Notes: generated by a model not told the origin, from the sequence alone. 64,000 bases of DNA from Verrucomicrobiia bacterium (GCA_963664225.1 OY760937.1:3232001-3296000), one strand, 5' to 3'; positions 49,677 to 60,202 are shown, numbered from the stretch's first letter. A program made the numbers and translations.

Positions 49677-50324
49677 TCAGGTGCGTCCGCGCACAATCTC
49701 GCGGTCTTTGCGAAAGGTCGATTCCGTGACCACGGCGTAATTAAACATAATCCCCAGTCGGTCGAACAAACCGAACACCACCGGCCCGGCCAGTGCCCCC
49801 CCAAACGCCATCACCAGCAGGGTCCACCAGGAACCCCAACCGGCCAGCGGCCCCAGGTCCCGCAGGCCCGGTGCGATGGGATTCAATTCGATCGGTTGGG
49901 CCAGATCGGGATTGCCTTCAGCCCAAAGCGTGGAGACTTCGGGGCGATTCAGATTCAGCGTTGAAAGCAGGAACAGGCCGATCAGGGCCGCGCCCAGACA
50001 GGCCGCGCCGCTGATGATGAACTGGGCCACCCATTGATCGCGCAACACCAGTTCCCGGAAATGATAGGCCGCAAATCCCACCAGCCAGAGCGGCAGAATA
50101 CTCGCCCCCAATGGATTGCGGGAAAGGGTGTCGAAGACCAGCCCGCCGGCAATGGAAAGAATGGCCAGGGTCTTCAGGTTCAAGCGCAGCGCCGCATAAA
50201 TCGCCAGCACGGGCAGCAAATCCACCTGCACTCCCAGCCAGCGGCGCGGGACATTGATCACGGATTCCAAAAAAACCACCACAATGGCGGCCAGCACGAG
50301 CAATGCGGTGTTGGTCCAGTTCAT
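49677..50324 (-). CDS. mreD: Rod shape-determining protein MreD
   Basis: Hydrophobic protein between mreC and mrdA (DLLPVLAIY...GGLVFDTLS). Confidence 0.85.
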   Translation of the reverse strand: MNWTNTALLVLAAIVVVFLESVINVPRRWLGVQVDLLPVLAIYAALRLNLKTLAILSIAGGLVFDTLSRNPLGASILPLWLVGFAAYHFRELVLRDQWVAQFIISGAACLGAALIGLFLLSTLNLNRPEVSTLWAEGNPDLAQPIELNPIAPGLRDLGPLAGWGSWWTLLVMAFGGALAGPVVFGLFDRLGIMFNYAVVTESTFRKDREIVRGRT

Positions 50325-51130
50325 GGAAGCAGCACCCACACTTCCTCCAGCGAATTGAAATTCACCGCCAGCTTCACCCGCGCCTCGGCATACAGGCCAA
50401 ATTCGACCATGCGGTAATCGAGGATTTTCCCAATGACGATGCCCGGAGGAAACACGCCGCCCTGGCCGCTGGTCAGGACCGACTGTCCGGGTTTAAGAGC
50501 GCTGTTGCGGGATAAAAAGGTTAAATCGACGATGCTGTTATCCGTCGGATCCGCCGGATTTGGAACGATCACGCCGGTATTATCCCGGGATTCGAGGATT
50601 CGCGCCGCCACGCGGCAGGAGGGATCCCCCGCCAGCACCACCTGGGAATGCGCCGAACCGACCTCCGAAATCCGGCCCACCAGTCCATCCGGGCAGAGAA
50701 CGGTCAGGTTGGGCCGCATTCCGTCCTTGAGACCCGCGTCGATCTGGACCGCGCGCCACCAATTGGCCGGATCGCGTCCCACGACACGGGCGAATTTGAC
50801 CTTCCATGCCGTCGGTTTTGGAGCGCCCAGAAATTCGCGCAACCGGGTGTTTTCGCGAAGCAATTCCTCCCCCTGTGCCGCCAGAATGCGCAATCGCTGG
50901 TTTTCCTGGCGCAATTCCGCCGTCTCGGCCAAAAGGGTGCTGCGGGAAACGGCGGCGTCCGCCGTTTTTTGGGTTAGGTTATGGGAGACGCCGGCCAGAC
51001 CGAAGAGGGGCAGAAAAATGCCGCCCAAAGTCACCTTCAGTCGCGCAGTCGCCCTGCCGGGCAGGCTGGCCATTGCCAGCGCCATCAGCAAAACGACAAT
51101 TGTTATTATAAAAGACGGCCGTTTCAACAT
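50321..51130 (-). CDS. mreC: Rod shape-determining protein MreC
   Basis: TM plus coiled coil (LRQENQRLR), ARVVGRDP, GLVGRI, TSGQGGVFPPGIVIG. Confidence 0.93.
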   Translation of the reverse strand: MLKRPSFIITIVVLLMALAMASLPGRATARLKVTLGGIFLPLFGLAGVSHNLTQKTADAAVSRSTLLAETAELRQENQRLRILAAQGEELLRENTRLREFLGAPKPTAWKVKFARVVGRDPANWWRAVQIDAGLKDGMRPNLTVLCPDGLVGRISEVGSAHSQVVLAGDPSCRVAARILESRDNTGVIVPNPADPTDNSIVDLTFLSRNSALKPGQSVLTSGQGGVFPPGIVIGKILDYRMVEFGLYAEARVKLAVNFNSLEEVWVLLP

Positions 51131-51181
51131 CGCCTCACCCATGCGTCATGGGGGTGAACGCGAGAAGAAATCAAAGACGGA

Positions 51182-52207
51182 TCAGGTTTTCGAAAAGGCA
51201 AGCCGTTTCAAAAATTGGAGCTCTTGCAGCACGCGGCCCGTGCCTTCGGCCACCGCGCTCATCGGATCGTCCGCAATATGCACGGGCAGACCGGTTTCCT
51301 CGGCCACCAGTCTCTCAATCCCGCGCAACAAGGCGCCGCCTCCAGCCAGAATAATGCCCCGATCCACCAGATCGGAGGCCAATTCAGGGGGGCATCGCTC
51401 CAAAGTCAGACGAACGGATTCCAATATGCTCGAAAGGGGTTCTTTAAGGGCTTCCCGAATTTCTTCAGAACGGACGGTTAAAGTCTTTGGAAGACCGGCG
51501 CTTAAATCGCGCCCCTTCACTTCCAAGGTCAATTCCTGTTCCAATGGATACGCTGATCCAATACGAATCTTGATTTCTTCTGCGGTGCGTTCACCGATCA
51601 TTAAATTGTAGGCTCGTTTCATGTGAGCCACGATCGTCTCGTCGAACTCGTCTCCCCCCACCCTCAAGCTCCGGCTAAAGACTATGCCCGCCAGAGAGAT
51701 GATGGCGATCTCACAAGTTCCACCGCCAATATCGACGATCATGTTGCCCGCCGGTTCATGGACAGGCAGGCCAACGCCAATGGCCGAAGCCATGGGTTGT
51801 TCGATTAAATAGACTTCCCGGGCACCCGCGTGGGTGGCCGAATCCTTCACAGCCCGTTTCTCGACTTCGGTGATTCCCGAGGGAACGGCTATCACCACCC
51901 GGGGCGCAATCAGCTTTCGATGATGCACTTTCTGGATGAAATAGCGAAGCATGGACTCGGTCACTTCGAAATCCGCGATGACTCCGTCCTTCATCGGCCG
52001 AATGGCGACGATGTTTCCCGGAGTGCGCCCCAACATGCGTTTGGCTTCCGTGCCCACAGCCAGAACGTTGGTCGTCCCGGCCTCGATGGCCACCACGGAA
52101 GGTTCCCGCAAGACGATCCCCTGGTCACGCACATACACCAGGGAGTTTGCGGTCCCGAGATCGATCCCAATATCGTTGGAAAACAGGCCTTTTAATTGTG
52201 CGAACAT
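51182..52207 (-). CDS. mreB: Actin-like rod shape-determining protein
   Basis: [38 protein letters not shown]. Confidence 0.98.
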   Translation of the reverse strand: MFAQLKGLFSNDIGIDLGTANSLVYVRDQGIVLREPSVVAIEAGTTNVLAVGTEAKRMLGRTPGNIVAIRPMKDGVIADFEVTESMLRYFIQKVHHRKLIAPRVVIAVPSGITEVEKRAVKDSATHAGAREVYLIEQPMASAIGVGLPVHEPAGNMIVDIGGGTCEIAIISLAGIVFSRSLRVGGDEFDETIVAHMKRAYNLMIGERTAEEIKIRIGSAYPLEQELTLEVKGRDLSAGLPKTLTVRSEEIREALKEPLSSILESVRLTLERCPPELASDLVDRGIILAGGGALLRGIERLVAEETGLPVHIADDPMSAVAEGTGRVLQELQFLKRLAFSKT

Positions 52208-52376
52208 GAACTGTGCCTAAAACATCGCCAACTTATGGAAGTTCGCACGCCAGGGTCAAGTTAATAAGCAAAACAAATGCAAAACTTTCGCAACCCTGCC
52301 TTTTAACCCGAAATCCGAAATAAGAAGAGTTCAGATGATTGCGTCAGATGGGCCGTTCCTGTTTCCGAAATCGGTT

Positions 52377-55247
52377 TTAACGCTCCCGCGCAGCCGTTCC
52401 CCACACGTCCACTCGCTGGCCCAAGGTGTCGCCGGGCAAAATCACGCCAAACCAGGGTTCGTTGATGTTGGACACACGCCCCTTCCATGTCACCGTGCGC
52501 GTCTCGATGGGGTTCAAATCCAACGACTTGGTCTCGCCATCGACGATCAGATTGGTCGTCCGCAGATGGAATTGATGATTGCCGTGGCCTCGGGTGTTAA
52601 CGTTAATGGTCACTTCTCCGGCTTGCGAGGTGGTGCTGGTGGCTTCGACCGTGAAGGTTTCCCTCAAATCCAGATAGCGTCGGCTGCCCGGTAGCACCGT
52701 AATCGTCTGGCTGCGTTCGCCATGCGTGATCCGGTAGCGGCCCTGGGGCACTTCAATGACAAATTCCCCCGATTTTTGATTGGCGGCGGTCGAATAAACC
52801 CGCCCGGTCTCCACTTCGGTGAATTCGACCATCCGGTTGATGTCGGACCGACCCACGCCCGAAACGACCGCCGGACCGTTCAGGTCGATCATCAGCGAGA
52901 GCCATCGACTCGAGGGATGCACCCAAACCTCCTTATAATTGTAGCAATTTGCCGCCGGCCAGTAAGGTTTATCGTTATTGGCCCGCGTTTCGATGCCTAC
53001 CGGCAGGGAACCGGCCATATCGCCGGACAGCGCGGTGTATTGGGGCGCATAATCGTAACCTTCGCCGTACATGGTGCTCTGGGCGAATGGATTGCGACCC
53101 ACAACCCATTGCAATTCCAACTGGGCCAGCGCGCCCGAATCCAGATCGCGCCGGAGTTGCGCCGCTGTGGAAAGCGCCTTGGTTTGGGAAAGGGTCGTGC
53201 CGTGGTTGCCCCGGAAGGAGGTCCAGGCGGGGAACATTTTCAAATAATACCGGCTGCTCAACGAAAAGCCGTTGCGCACTTGTTCCTGATACCAGGGTTC
53301 CTTGTTTTCCTCCAAATCGTAAATCCCGCTGGGAATCATTCCGTAAGGATCGGTGTAACGCGCGGTGGCCTTCAGGTATTCCGAATACAGGGCCACGGCG
53401 GAATACCATTGCATCCATTGGGCTTCATTGGGAAAGGTCAGGCAAAGATCCGAAAGGGCGGTGATGGCCGCCTGGTCGTGTCCCCGATGGGTGTAATGCA
53501 GGAGATGGTCCCGCTGGGGTGTGGTGTAAAAATAACCCGCCAGCGGCACGCGCCAGGGTTGGTATTCCCGTTGCTGGCATTTAAGAATCACCTCGGCCAG
53601 TTCCATCGCCTTGGCGGCATATTTTTTCTCCTGCGTGGCGTGATAAAGTTCCATCGACGCCCCGGCTCCGGCGGCCGCCAGTTCAAGATTGGGCGCCCCC
53701 AGTTTTTTCAACGCAAATTCCCAATCCTCCTGCGCGGCCTGAAGGCAACGGGCGGACAGCGCGGGATCGCGATCCCGGAAAAAGGCCGCCGCCAGGGCTT
53801 CGGTGGAGGCGCCGGTAAAACTCTCGAACGGGCTGTCGTGAACATCCCCCTGCGTATCGTCCACGGTGCCCATGATGCCGTCCGTCCAGTAATCCATCGT
53901 GGCCCAGGTGACGCGCGACCCATCGCCAAACCGGGTCTTCAACACCCAGTCCAGGCCCCAGCGCGCTTCCTCCACCAATCGCCGGGCCAGTGGATCCTGA
54001 TTTGCGGCAACGCGCTCGGCGGCAGTTTGTTTTGCGTCTTTCTTCAGTGCCGGTCTTTGGAGCAATGCCGCGTTTTGATTGAGTTGATCGGCCAGGGCCA
54101 GCATGGCGTAAGTGGCTTCAGCGGTGTTGATCAAACCCTGGGAAAGGTCTCCGGCATCGTGCCAGCCGCCATTGATGCCGATGTTCTTTCCATTATGCGC
54201 GGCCTGCCAGTCCTTGTGGCAGACATCGTGAATGCCCGCAATCGCGGCGCCGCAGCGTTCGCAGTAGAAAAAGTTAATCGTCTTCCAGATGGTCTCGCGC
54301 CAGACGTCGGCGCTGATGCGAAACTCGGAGGTCACCACCGAACCGGCCTTGATGACATATCGGCCCGGCTCGCGGATGTCGGAGAAATCCAGCTTCTGAT
54401 GCGTGCCCACAGCCGTGGCCACCGTGCGCACCGGACGCCTGGCCACGGTGACGCCCGTGTCCAGATTGATGACCTCGAAGTATTCGGATTTCAAATCACT
54501 GCCCAAAGCGCTCTTGGGCCCGCCCGCCTCGTATCCCGTGGTGCTGAAGGCGATGGCGCCGGGCTGAACAGTCCACCCCTCATAATGATCCTCCACCACC
54601 TGCTGGAGTTCCAGCCGGTCGATGTCGTAGCAAACCTGCGTGGCCGCACCCGGCTCATTGCCTTGCAGGCGGTAAATGAAACTCACCCCCGTGACCCTGT
54701 CCCGGGACAAATGCGGAATTTCCCAGAGCACCTGGTTCCATTGGTTGGGCTTGAGGAGGAAGAAATTCAGGCCTTCGCGACCATAGGCATCGGGCACTTT
54801 GACCTCCCCGTCGTTATGCAACACGACCAGCATGGAGATGACCTTGAACCCCGGCAGTGTGGGATAAACCCAGAAAGAAAGGCGGTTGTAGGCGCTCCAG
54901 TCCTCGTTGTCCACATTGCGCCGGACCTCCGCCTCGCCGAAGGGACGGCCGGTGACGGTGCTGGGCTTTGGGCCGACGGTTGGGGAGGTCAGCCGGATGG
55001 ATTGCGCGCCGTCGCGAGTGCGCTCCGTGGTGAAACTTATCGCCCCAAATCCGTTGTGGATCCAGTGGGCCGGGGTTTCCATATCGTCCACCAGACGCGA
55101 GGCGATCACGCCCTTGGCTTCCATCCAGCGGGTGGGCGCGGCGTTGGATTCGTTGATTTGCATGGGCATGGCGGGCGGCATCTCCCATTCCCGTGCCTGC
55201 ACCCCCCATACACACAACCCCAATAAAAAAACCAAAATACTTGCCAT
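52377..55247 (-). CDS. Secreted GH9-like glycoside hydrolase with accessory beta-sandwich domains
   Basis: Signal peptide; FFYCERCG, GGWHDAGDL, LVEEARWGLDWVLK, WVVGRNPF. Confidence 0.85.
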   Translation of the reverse strand: MASILVFLLGLCVWGVQAREWEMPPAMPMQINESNAAPTRWMEAKGVIASRLVDDMETPAHWIHNGFGAISFTTERTRDGAQSIRLTSPTVGPKPSTVTGRPFGEAEVRRNVDNEDWSAYNRLSFWVYPTLPGFKVISMLVVLHNDGEVKVPDAYGREGLNFFLLKPNQWNQVLWEIPHLSRDRVTGVSFIYRLQGNEPGAATQVCYDIDRLELQQVVEDHYEGWTVQPGAIAFSTTGYEAGGPKSALGSDLKSEYFEVINLDTGVTVARRPVRTVATAVGTHQKLDFSDIREPGRYVIKAGSVVTSEFRISADVWRETIWKTINFFYCERCGAAIAGIHDVCHKDWQAAHNGKNIGINGGWHDAGDLSQGLINTAEATYAMLALADQLNQNAALLQRPALKKDAKQTAAERVAANQDPLARRLVEEARWGLDWVLKTRFGDGSRVTWATMDYWTDGIMGTVDDTQGDVHDSPFESFTGASTEALAAAFFRDRDPALSARCLQAAQEDWEFALKKLGAPNLELAAAGAGASMELYHATQEKKYAAKAMELAEVILKCQQREYQPWRVPLAGYFYTTPQRDHLLHYTHRGHDQAAITALSDLCLTFPNEAQWMQWYSAVALYSEYLKATARYTDPYGMIPSGIYDLEENKEPWYQEQVRNGFSLSSRYYLKMFPAWTSFRGNHGTTLSQTKALSTAAQLRRDLDSGALAQLELQWVVGRNPFAQSTMYGEGYDYAPQYTALSGDMAGSLPVGIETRANNDKPYWPAANCYNYKEVWVHPSSRWLSLMIDLNGPAVVSGVGRSDINRMVEFTEVETGRVYSTAANQKSGEFVIEVPQGRYRITHGERSQTITVLPGSRRYLDLRETFTVEATSTTSQAGEVTINVNTRGHGNHQFHLRTTNLIVDGETKSLDLNPIETRTVTWKGRVSNINEPWFGVILPGDTLGQRVDVWGTAARER

Positions 55248-55311
55248 ATACCAATCAATTGTAACTAAAGAAAATTAATCCGCATTTCCATTATAGCACA
55301 AACCGGGGAAC

Positions 55312-56088
55312 TCAGGAAGGAAGGTTGTGTGCGGAAGCTCCGCGCACCTCGTCCGCCCAGTCGCTCACCGCCGCGCGCATTTGCACTCCGGCGTTCAATT
55401 TGGGCTTCACGAAACGCGGGGTGAACCAGGGGAAAGTGCCCACCAAATCCTGCGTCACCAGAATCTGCCCGTCGCAGTCCGGCCCCGATCCGATGCCGAT
55501 CGTGGGAATGGAAATCGCCCGGGTGATGTCCCGCGCCACAGGCGGCGTCACCAGTTCCAGCACAATGGCAAACGCCCCGGCATCCGTCAAAATCCGCGCA
55601 TCCTCGAGGAGGGCGTCCCGTTCCCGGTCCACCTTGCCTTTGATGTGATAACCGCCTTCCAGAAGCACGCTCTGGGGCAGCATTCCCAGATGGCCCAGGA
55701 AGGGAATGCCCGCTGTCACAATCGCGCGCACCTGTTTCTCAATCGTTTTGCCGCCCTCGGCCTTCACCGCCTCCGCCCCGGCCGCCACCAGACGCCGGGC
55801 ATTGGCCACCGCATCCTCCACGGTGTCGTAACTGTGAAACGGAAAGTCCGCCGCCAGCAGCGCCTGCGGCTTGGCCCGCGCCGCCGCTCGCACATGATGC
55901 TCCATCTCCGCCATCGTCACCCAGGTGGTGTCCGGATAGCCCAGCACCACCATTCCCAGGGAATCCCCCACCAAAATCAGGGGAATGCCCGCCTCGTCCA
56001 GCAACCGGGTCATGGGATAATCATAAGCGGTCAGGGACGCAATGCCCTGGCCCTTCATCTTCCGAATTATTTCCGCCGTAATCTTCAT
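55312..56088 (-). CDS. panB: 3-methyl-2-oxobutanoate hydroxymethyltransferase
   Basis: LTAYD, ILVGDSLGM, GHLGMLPQS, PTIGIGSG..CDGQILV. Confidence 0.97.
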   Translation of the reverse strand: MKITAEIIRKMKGQGIASLTAYDYPMTRLLDEAGIPLILVGDSLGMVVLGYPDTTWVTMAEMEHHVRAAARAKPQALLAADFPFHSYDTVEDAVANARRLVAAGAEAVKAEGGKTIEKQVRAIVTAGIPFLGHLGMLPQSVLLEGGYHIKGKVDRERDALLEDARILTDAGAFAIVLELVTPPVARDITRAISIPTIGIGSGPDCDGQILVTQDLVGTFPWFTPRFVKPKLNAGVQMRAAVSDWADEVRGASAHNLPS

Positions 56089-56159
56089 TACATTAACCGA
56101 CCAAGCATCCTACCGTGCAGCGGTTGAAACAAGAGGAAAGTGGAGGGGGACCCTTTGTT

Positions 56160-56479
56160 GGGTGCAGGACAAAATTCAGGAATCTGCTAAAAGCCTAAAC
56201 CGTATGAACCCAGCCAGAACGCCAGTCGGCGGTGTGGGGCATTAAGTCCGGCGCGGTGGCAGCTCCTAAAGCGTGCAAAAAATCCAGGGCTCGCAATACT
56301 CCTCCTTCTCCTGGGGGAGAAGGTGGGGATGAGGGCGGTCGTCCTTTCATATCTGACTTTTGCCGGACCCTCAATCGGCTCCCGTCCATTCCCGAAACTC
56401 TAGCTGTTTTTGTTTCGTATATACTCAAATGCCCTTTTAAAGGTCTTTTTCGCTTGCCGAAGAATTCTGTCATGCACCC
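56160..56479 (-). mobile_element. MITE-like element, copy F (320 bp), with a perfect 9-bp TSD CCCTTTGTT
   Basis: TIRs gggtgcaggacaaaattc / gaattctgtcatgcaccc; ccctttgtt at 56151-56159 and 56480-56488. The minus strand starts with the family leader (aattcttc...aaaaagacc...gagtatata). Internal REP-like ctccttctcctgggggagaaggtggggatgaggg (56302-56335). Confidence 0.88.
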
Positions 56480-56499
56480 CCCTTTGTTCCATCAGGTTT

Positions 56500-57423
56500 T
56501 TATCGTGCGCCCCCCACTGCAAGCGCATCACGCAGCGCGCCTTCGAGTGTCGGATGCAAAAACTCGAAACCGCCCTGAAGCAATCGCGCCGGTTGCGCCC
56601 TCTGGCTCGCCAGCAGAAGCCCATCGGCCATCTCGCCCAACACCAGTCGCAAAGCAAAAGCCGGTGCCGGAATCAATGCGGGCCGGTGCATCACCCCCGC
56701 AAGTATCCGGGTGAACTCCCGGTTGGTCACCGGCTCAGGCGCGCAGGCGTTAACTGGCCCCTGGTATCGATCAGACTCCACCAGCCGCAGAATCACCCGC
56801 GGCACATCCTCCAGCGCGATCCAGCTCCAGTATTGACGGCCATGGCCCATGCGTCCGCCCAGACCGAGCCGAAATGGCGTCAGCATCTGCGGCAGCGCGC
56901 CGCCCCGGCCATCGAGCACCATCCCCAGCCGCATGCGCGCCACGCGAATCCCCGCCGCACTCGCCGGTGCGGTCGCATCTTCCCACGCCTGCGCCACCTC
57001 CGCCAGAAATCCAGTCCCTTGAGAACTTTCCTCGGTCAACACCTCCGCCCCGCGGTCCCCGTAATATCCCAGACCTGATGCGCTCACGAGGACCTTTGGC
57101 GGGCGGCTCCATTCAACCATTTTCTCGCACAAAAACCGCGTGCCCACACGGCGGCTTTCGAGGATTTGTCGTTTCTTCGTCTCCGTCCATCGACCCGCGA
57201 TATTTTCCCCCGCCAGGTGAATGACCGCGTCAAAAGAAGAGTCGGAATCGATCCTGCATTGGCCTTGCTCCGGATCCCACCAGCAACCCGCAAGCGTCTG
57301 CCCTCCCTTGGTGCGCCGCAACGGCGTGACGCGATGTCCCAGCGACTCCAGATGAGCCGTTGCCGCCCGTCCGATGAACCCGCTCGCGCCGGTCATTAAA
57401 ATATGAAGCGATTGCTCCGCCAT
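56500..57423 (-). CDS. TIGR01777-family NAD-dependent epimerase/oxidoreductase (YfcH-like)
   Basis: MTGASGFIG, VIHLAGENIA.RWT, GYYGDRG, GLGGRMGHGRQYWSWI. Confidence 0.93.
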   Translation of the reverse strand: MAEQSLHILMTGASGFIGRAATAHLESLGHRVTPLRRTKGGQTLAGCWWDPEQGQCRIDSDSSFDAVIHLAGENIAGRWTETKKRQILESRRVGTRFLCEKMVEWSRPPKVLVSASGLGYYGDRGAEVLTEESSQGTGFLAEVAQAWEDATAPASAAGIRVARMRLGMVLDGRGGALPQMLTPFRLGLGGRMGHGRQYWSWIALEDVPRVILRLVESDRYQGPVNACAPEPVTNREFTRILAGVMHRPALIPAPAFALRLVLGEMADGLLLASQRAQPARLLQGGFEFLHPTLEGALRDALAVGGAR

Positions 57424-57461
57424 GACACTTTGCCAATCCCTTGCCTCCTGCGCCGTCACCG

Positions 57462-57638
57462 CCACTCGTAGCGCCGACTTCCAGTCGGCCACAACCCATA
57501 TTTTCCTACGTCAGAATCGCAAATTTGCAATCGACCGCCCACTCGTAGCGCAGGCTTCCAGCCTGCCGTATCGCCGACTTCCAGTCGGCACCAGCCCACC
57601 TTTTCCTACGTCAGAATCCCAGATTTGCAATCGACCGC
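57462..57638 (+). repeat. Cluster of GTAG-type REP hairpins within a ~100-bp imperfect direct repeat
   Basis: gtagcgccgacttccagtcggc, gtagcgcaggcttccagcctgc and cgccgacttccagtcggc; ttttcctacgtcagaatc...atttgcaatcgaccgc at 57501 and 57601. Confidence 0.8.
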
Positions 57639-57710
57639 TCGTTCGTGAATTCGCCGTTTACCCGCGGAGTTTTGTTCCCACCCGCGAATATCACGCCCAC
57701 TAGCCCCAAC

Positions 57711-58784
57711 TCACGGAACCATTCCCGAGAACTTGAGCACTTGCAGGCCCACGTAGCCCAGAAATCCGGTGACAGGCAGTGTGAGCACCCAGGTCCACAC
57801 CATGCGCTCGACAATGCCCCACTTGACCGCGCTGAAGCGTTTGGTGGCTCCCACGCCCATGATGGAGGAGGAGATGACGTGCGTGGTGGAGAGTGGAATG
57901 CCCATGTGGCTGGCCACTTGAATGACCGTGGCGGCCGTCGTTTCCGCGGCGAAACCATGGATCGGCTGCAGCTTGACCATTCTATGGCCCAGCGTGGCAA
58001 TGATGCGCCACCCGCCCACCGCGGTTCCTGCCGCCATGGTCAGGGCGCAGATCACTTTCACCCAGCCATGCACCTCGAACTTGGGGGTTTTGAGAAAATC
58101 GAGCCATGCGGGCAATTGATCGAAGGTTCCCGCGTTGGTGGCGGTAAAAAGGCCCAGCGCGATGATCCCCATGGTTTTTTGGGCGTCGTTGCCGCCATGG
58201 CTGAACCCCATGAAACAGGCGCTCACAATCTGCAGTTTGCCAAACAACATGGTGATCGTATGGGGCGCCCACTTGCGCAGGAGCAGGATGAGAAATCCCA
58301 TCAGGACGAACCCAAGCACAATGCCGCACAAGGGCGAGGTGATCATGGGAATGACCACCTTGGTCCACAGGCCCTCGGTTTTATGGGTCGTGGCGTTATA
58401 GACCGACCAGTGGATCACCGACCAGTTGCCTCTCGCCGAGGCCAGCGTCGCCCCGCACAGCCCGCCGATCAGCGCGTGGCTCGAGCTGGAGGGCATTCCA
58501 AGCCACCAGTTGAGCACTCCCCAGATGATGGCCGCCATCAAGGCGCAAAGGATCGTGGGCAACGTGACAAACTGGGTGTCCACCATTCCCTTTCCAATCG
58601 TCGTGGCCACCGCCGTGCCGGTGAACGCGCCCAGCATGTTGAATAGGGCCGCCATGATCACCGCCTGCCGCGGCGTCAGAACCTTGGTGGAAACAACCGT
58701 GGCGATGGAATTGCCCGTATCGTTCGAGCCGTTGATGTACTCGAACACCAGCGCCACTACCAGAACGCACAAGATGAGTATCAT
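57711..58784 (-). CDS. PiT-family inorganic phosphate transporter
   Basis: NGSNDTGNSIATVV, GMPSSSSHALIGG, HGGNDAQK, GIPLSTTH. Confidence 0.95.
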   Translation of the reverse strand: MILILCVLVVALVFEYINGSNDTGNSIATVVSTKVLTPRQAVIMAALFNMLGAFTGTAVATTIGKGMVDTQFVTLPTILCALMAAIIWGVLNWWLGMPSSSSHALIGGLCGATLASARGNWSVIHWSVYNATTHKTEGLWTKVVIPMITSPLCGIVLGFVLMGFLILLLRKWAPHTITMLFGKLQIVSACFMGFSHGGNDAQKTMGIIALGLFTATNAGTFDQLPAWLDFLKTPKFEVHGWVKVICALTMAAGTAVGGWRIIATLGHRMVKLQPIHGFAAETTAATVIQVASHMGIPLSTTHVISSSIMGVGATKRFSAVKWGIVERMVWTWVLTLPVTGFLGYVGLQVLKFSGMVP

Positions 58785-58802
58785 GGCTGATGGTGGCTTG
58801 CC

Positions 58803-59432
58803 TTAGGAGTGCTTCAACACGATATGAAAAACGATGTTGCCCGCGTCCCGGCAGCGGTCGATGACTTTCTCCAGCAGTTCGTACAGGTTCCGCAGGATGA
58901 TCACGCGCATCGGCTCATATTTCCCGCTGTAAAGCTCCTTCAGCAGTTCCAGCATCAGATTGTCGGCCTCGCCCTCGAGGAATTGCAGCCTCTCGTTTTG
59001 GTCCTTCGTCGTTTCCAGCTTGGGCTGCTTGCGCAGATCCTTCACCATTTGATGCACCGCGCTGGTGCATTGGGCCAGCAGTCGGGTCTGGCGTCCGAAA
59101 TCCTCCCCTTTGAGCCATTGCTGGCACAGCAGCAGCCGCTCGCCAAATTTCTCGACCGTCTTCGGTATCTTGTAAAGGGCGCTGGAAAGGGCTTCGATGT
59201 CTTCCCGCTCCAGCGGGGTCACAAACGTCTTGCACAGTTTCTCGGCAATCTCCTCCGTGATCTTTTTGTCTTTGCGGCGGGCCTGGATGAAATCGGCGAG
59301 GCCCTTCTCCACATCCTGACTCTTCAACATCTCCGTCAGCGCTTCGACGCTCCGGCACGACTGTTCGGCGCTCGCTTCGAGCATGTCGAAGAATTTGCCA
59401 TCCGAACCTAACAAGTGTTGCAGGGAAAACAT
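58803..59432 (-). CDS. DUF47 (PhoU-like) phosphate transport regulator
   Basis: TFVTPLEREDI, LEGEAD, LEKVIDRCRD; adjacent to the PiT gene. Confidence 0.92.
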   Translation of the reverse strand: MFSLQHLLGSDGKFFDMLEASAEQSCRSVEALTEMLKSQDVEKGLADFIQARRKDKKITEEIAEKLCKTFVTPLEREDIEALSSALYKIPKTVEKFGERLLLCQQWLKGEDFGRQTRLLAQCTSAVHQMVKDLRKQPKLETTKDQNERLQFLEGEADNLMLELLKELYSGKYEPMRVIILRNLYELLEKVIDRCRDAGNIVFHIVLKHS

Positions 59433-59632
59433 ATTCCCTCTTTTGTCACCGAATCGTAACAATAAAGCACGCAAATTCTGACTCTTCAGGCACCGTTCTT
59501 GCTGGCATGCCCGTTCTCCAAGTCTTCACCAAGGCCCGTTCCTGACCCAGGCGGTCCCTTTGGGCATGGATCTTCTTTCGGGATTGGTGTGTGAGAAATG
59601 CGCCTTGATGAAAGTTATTCTTAACGAAGAAC

Positions 59633-59662
59633 AAAAAAAGCACCGGGATGAAGCCCGGTGCT
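59633..59662 (-). terminator. Rho-independent terminator after ferritin
   Basis: aaaaaaagcaccggg-atgaag-cccggtgct. Confidence 0.85.
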
Positions 59663-59697
59663 AATCCGAGACCGTAAGCTCTCAGCAGAGCGGAGCC

Positions 59698-60195
59698 TTA
59701 GCTCTGCCCGCGTTTGCCGGCGTGATGGTCGAGTTGGAAAAGGCCGTTGCGGTTGTCGCCCACAAGTTCCAGTTTGACGACCAGATCCCCGACATTCTTT
59801 TCCTCTTCCACCTGTTCGTCCAGGAACCACTTCAGGAAGGACTGCGTGGCGAAATCCTTCTCCTCGCCCGCCAGTTCAAAAAGCGCGGAAATCGAGGCCG
59901 AAACCTTCTGCTCGTGGGCCAGGCTCGTCTGGAAGGCCTCCAGCACCGACTTGTATTCGCTCTTGGGTTCGGCTACCGCCTGGAGCTTGATCTTGCCGTT
60001 GCGCTCGGCGATGTATTTGAAGAATTTTTTGGCGTGCTCCAGCTCCTCCGAGTATTGGACTTCCATCCACTTCGCGAAGCCGGAGAACGGGGTCTGTTCG
60101 AAATAGGCTCCCATGCCCAGATAAACATAGGCCGAGGAGAATTCGAGGTTGAATTGGTTGTTCAGCGCCTTTTCTATTTTAGGAGATAATTTCAT
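59698..60195 (-). CDS. ftnA: Non-heme ferritin
   Basis: LNNQFNLEFSSAYVYL, EELEHA, HEQKV, FLKWFLDEQVEEE. Confidence 0.94.
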   Translation of the reverse strand: MKLSPKIEKALNNQFNLEFSSAYVYLGMGAYFEQTPFSGFAKWMEVQYSEELEHAKKFFKYIAERNGKIKLQAVAEPKSEYKSVLEAFQTSLAHEQKVSASISALFELAGEEKDFATQSFLKWFLDEQVEEEKNVGDLVVKLELVGDNRNGLFQLDHHAGKRGQS

Positions 60196-60202
60196 TCGCC
60201 GA

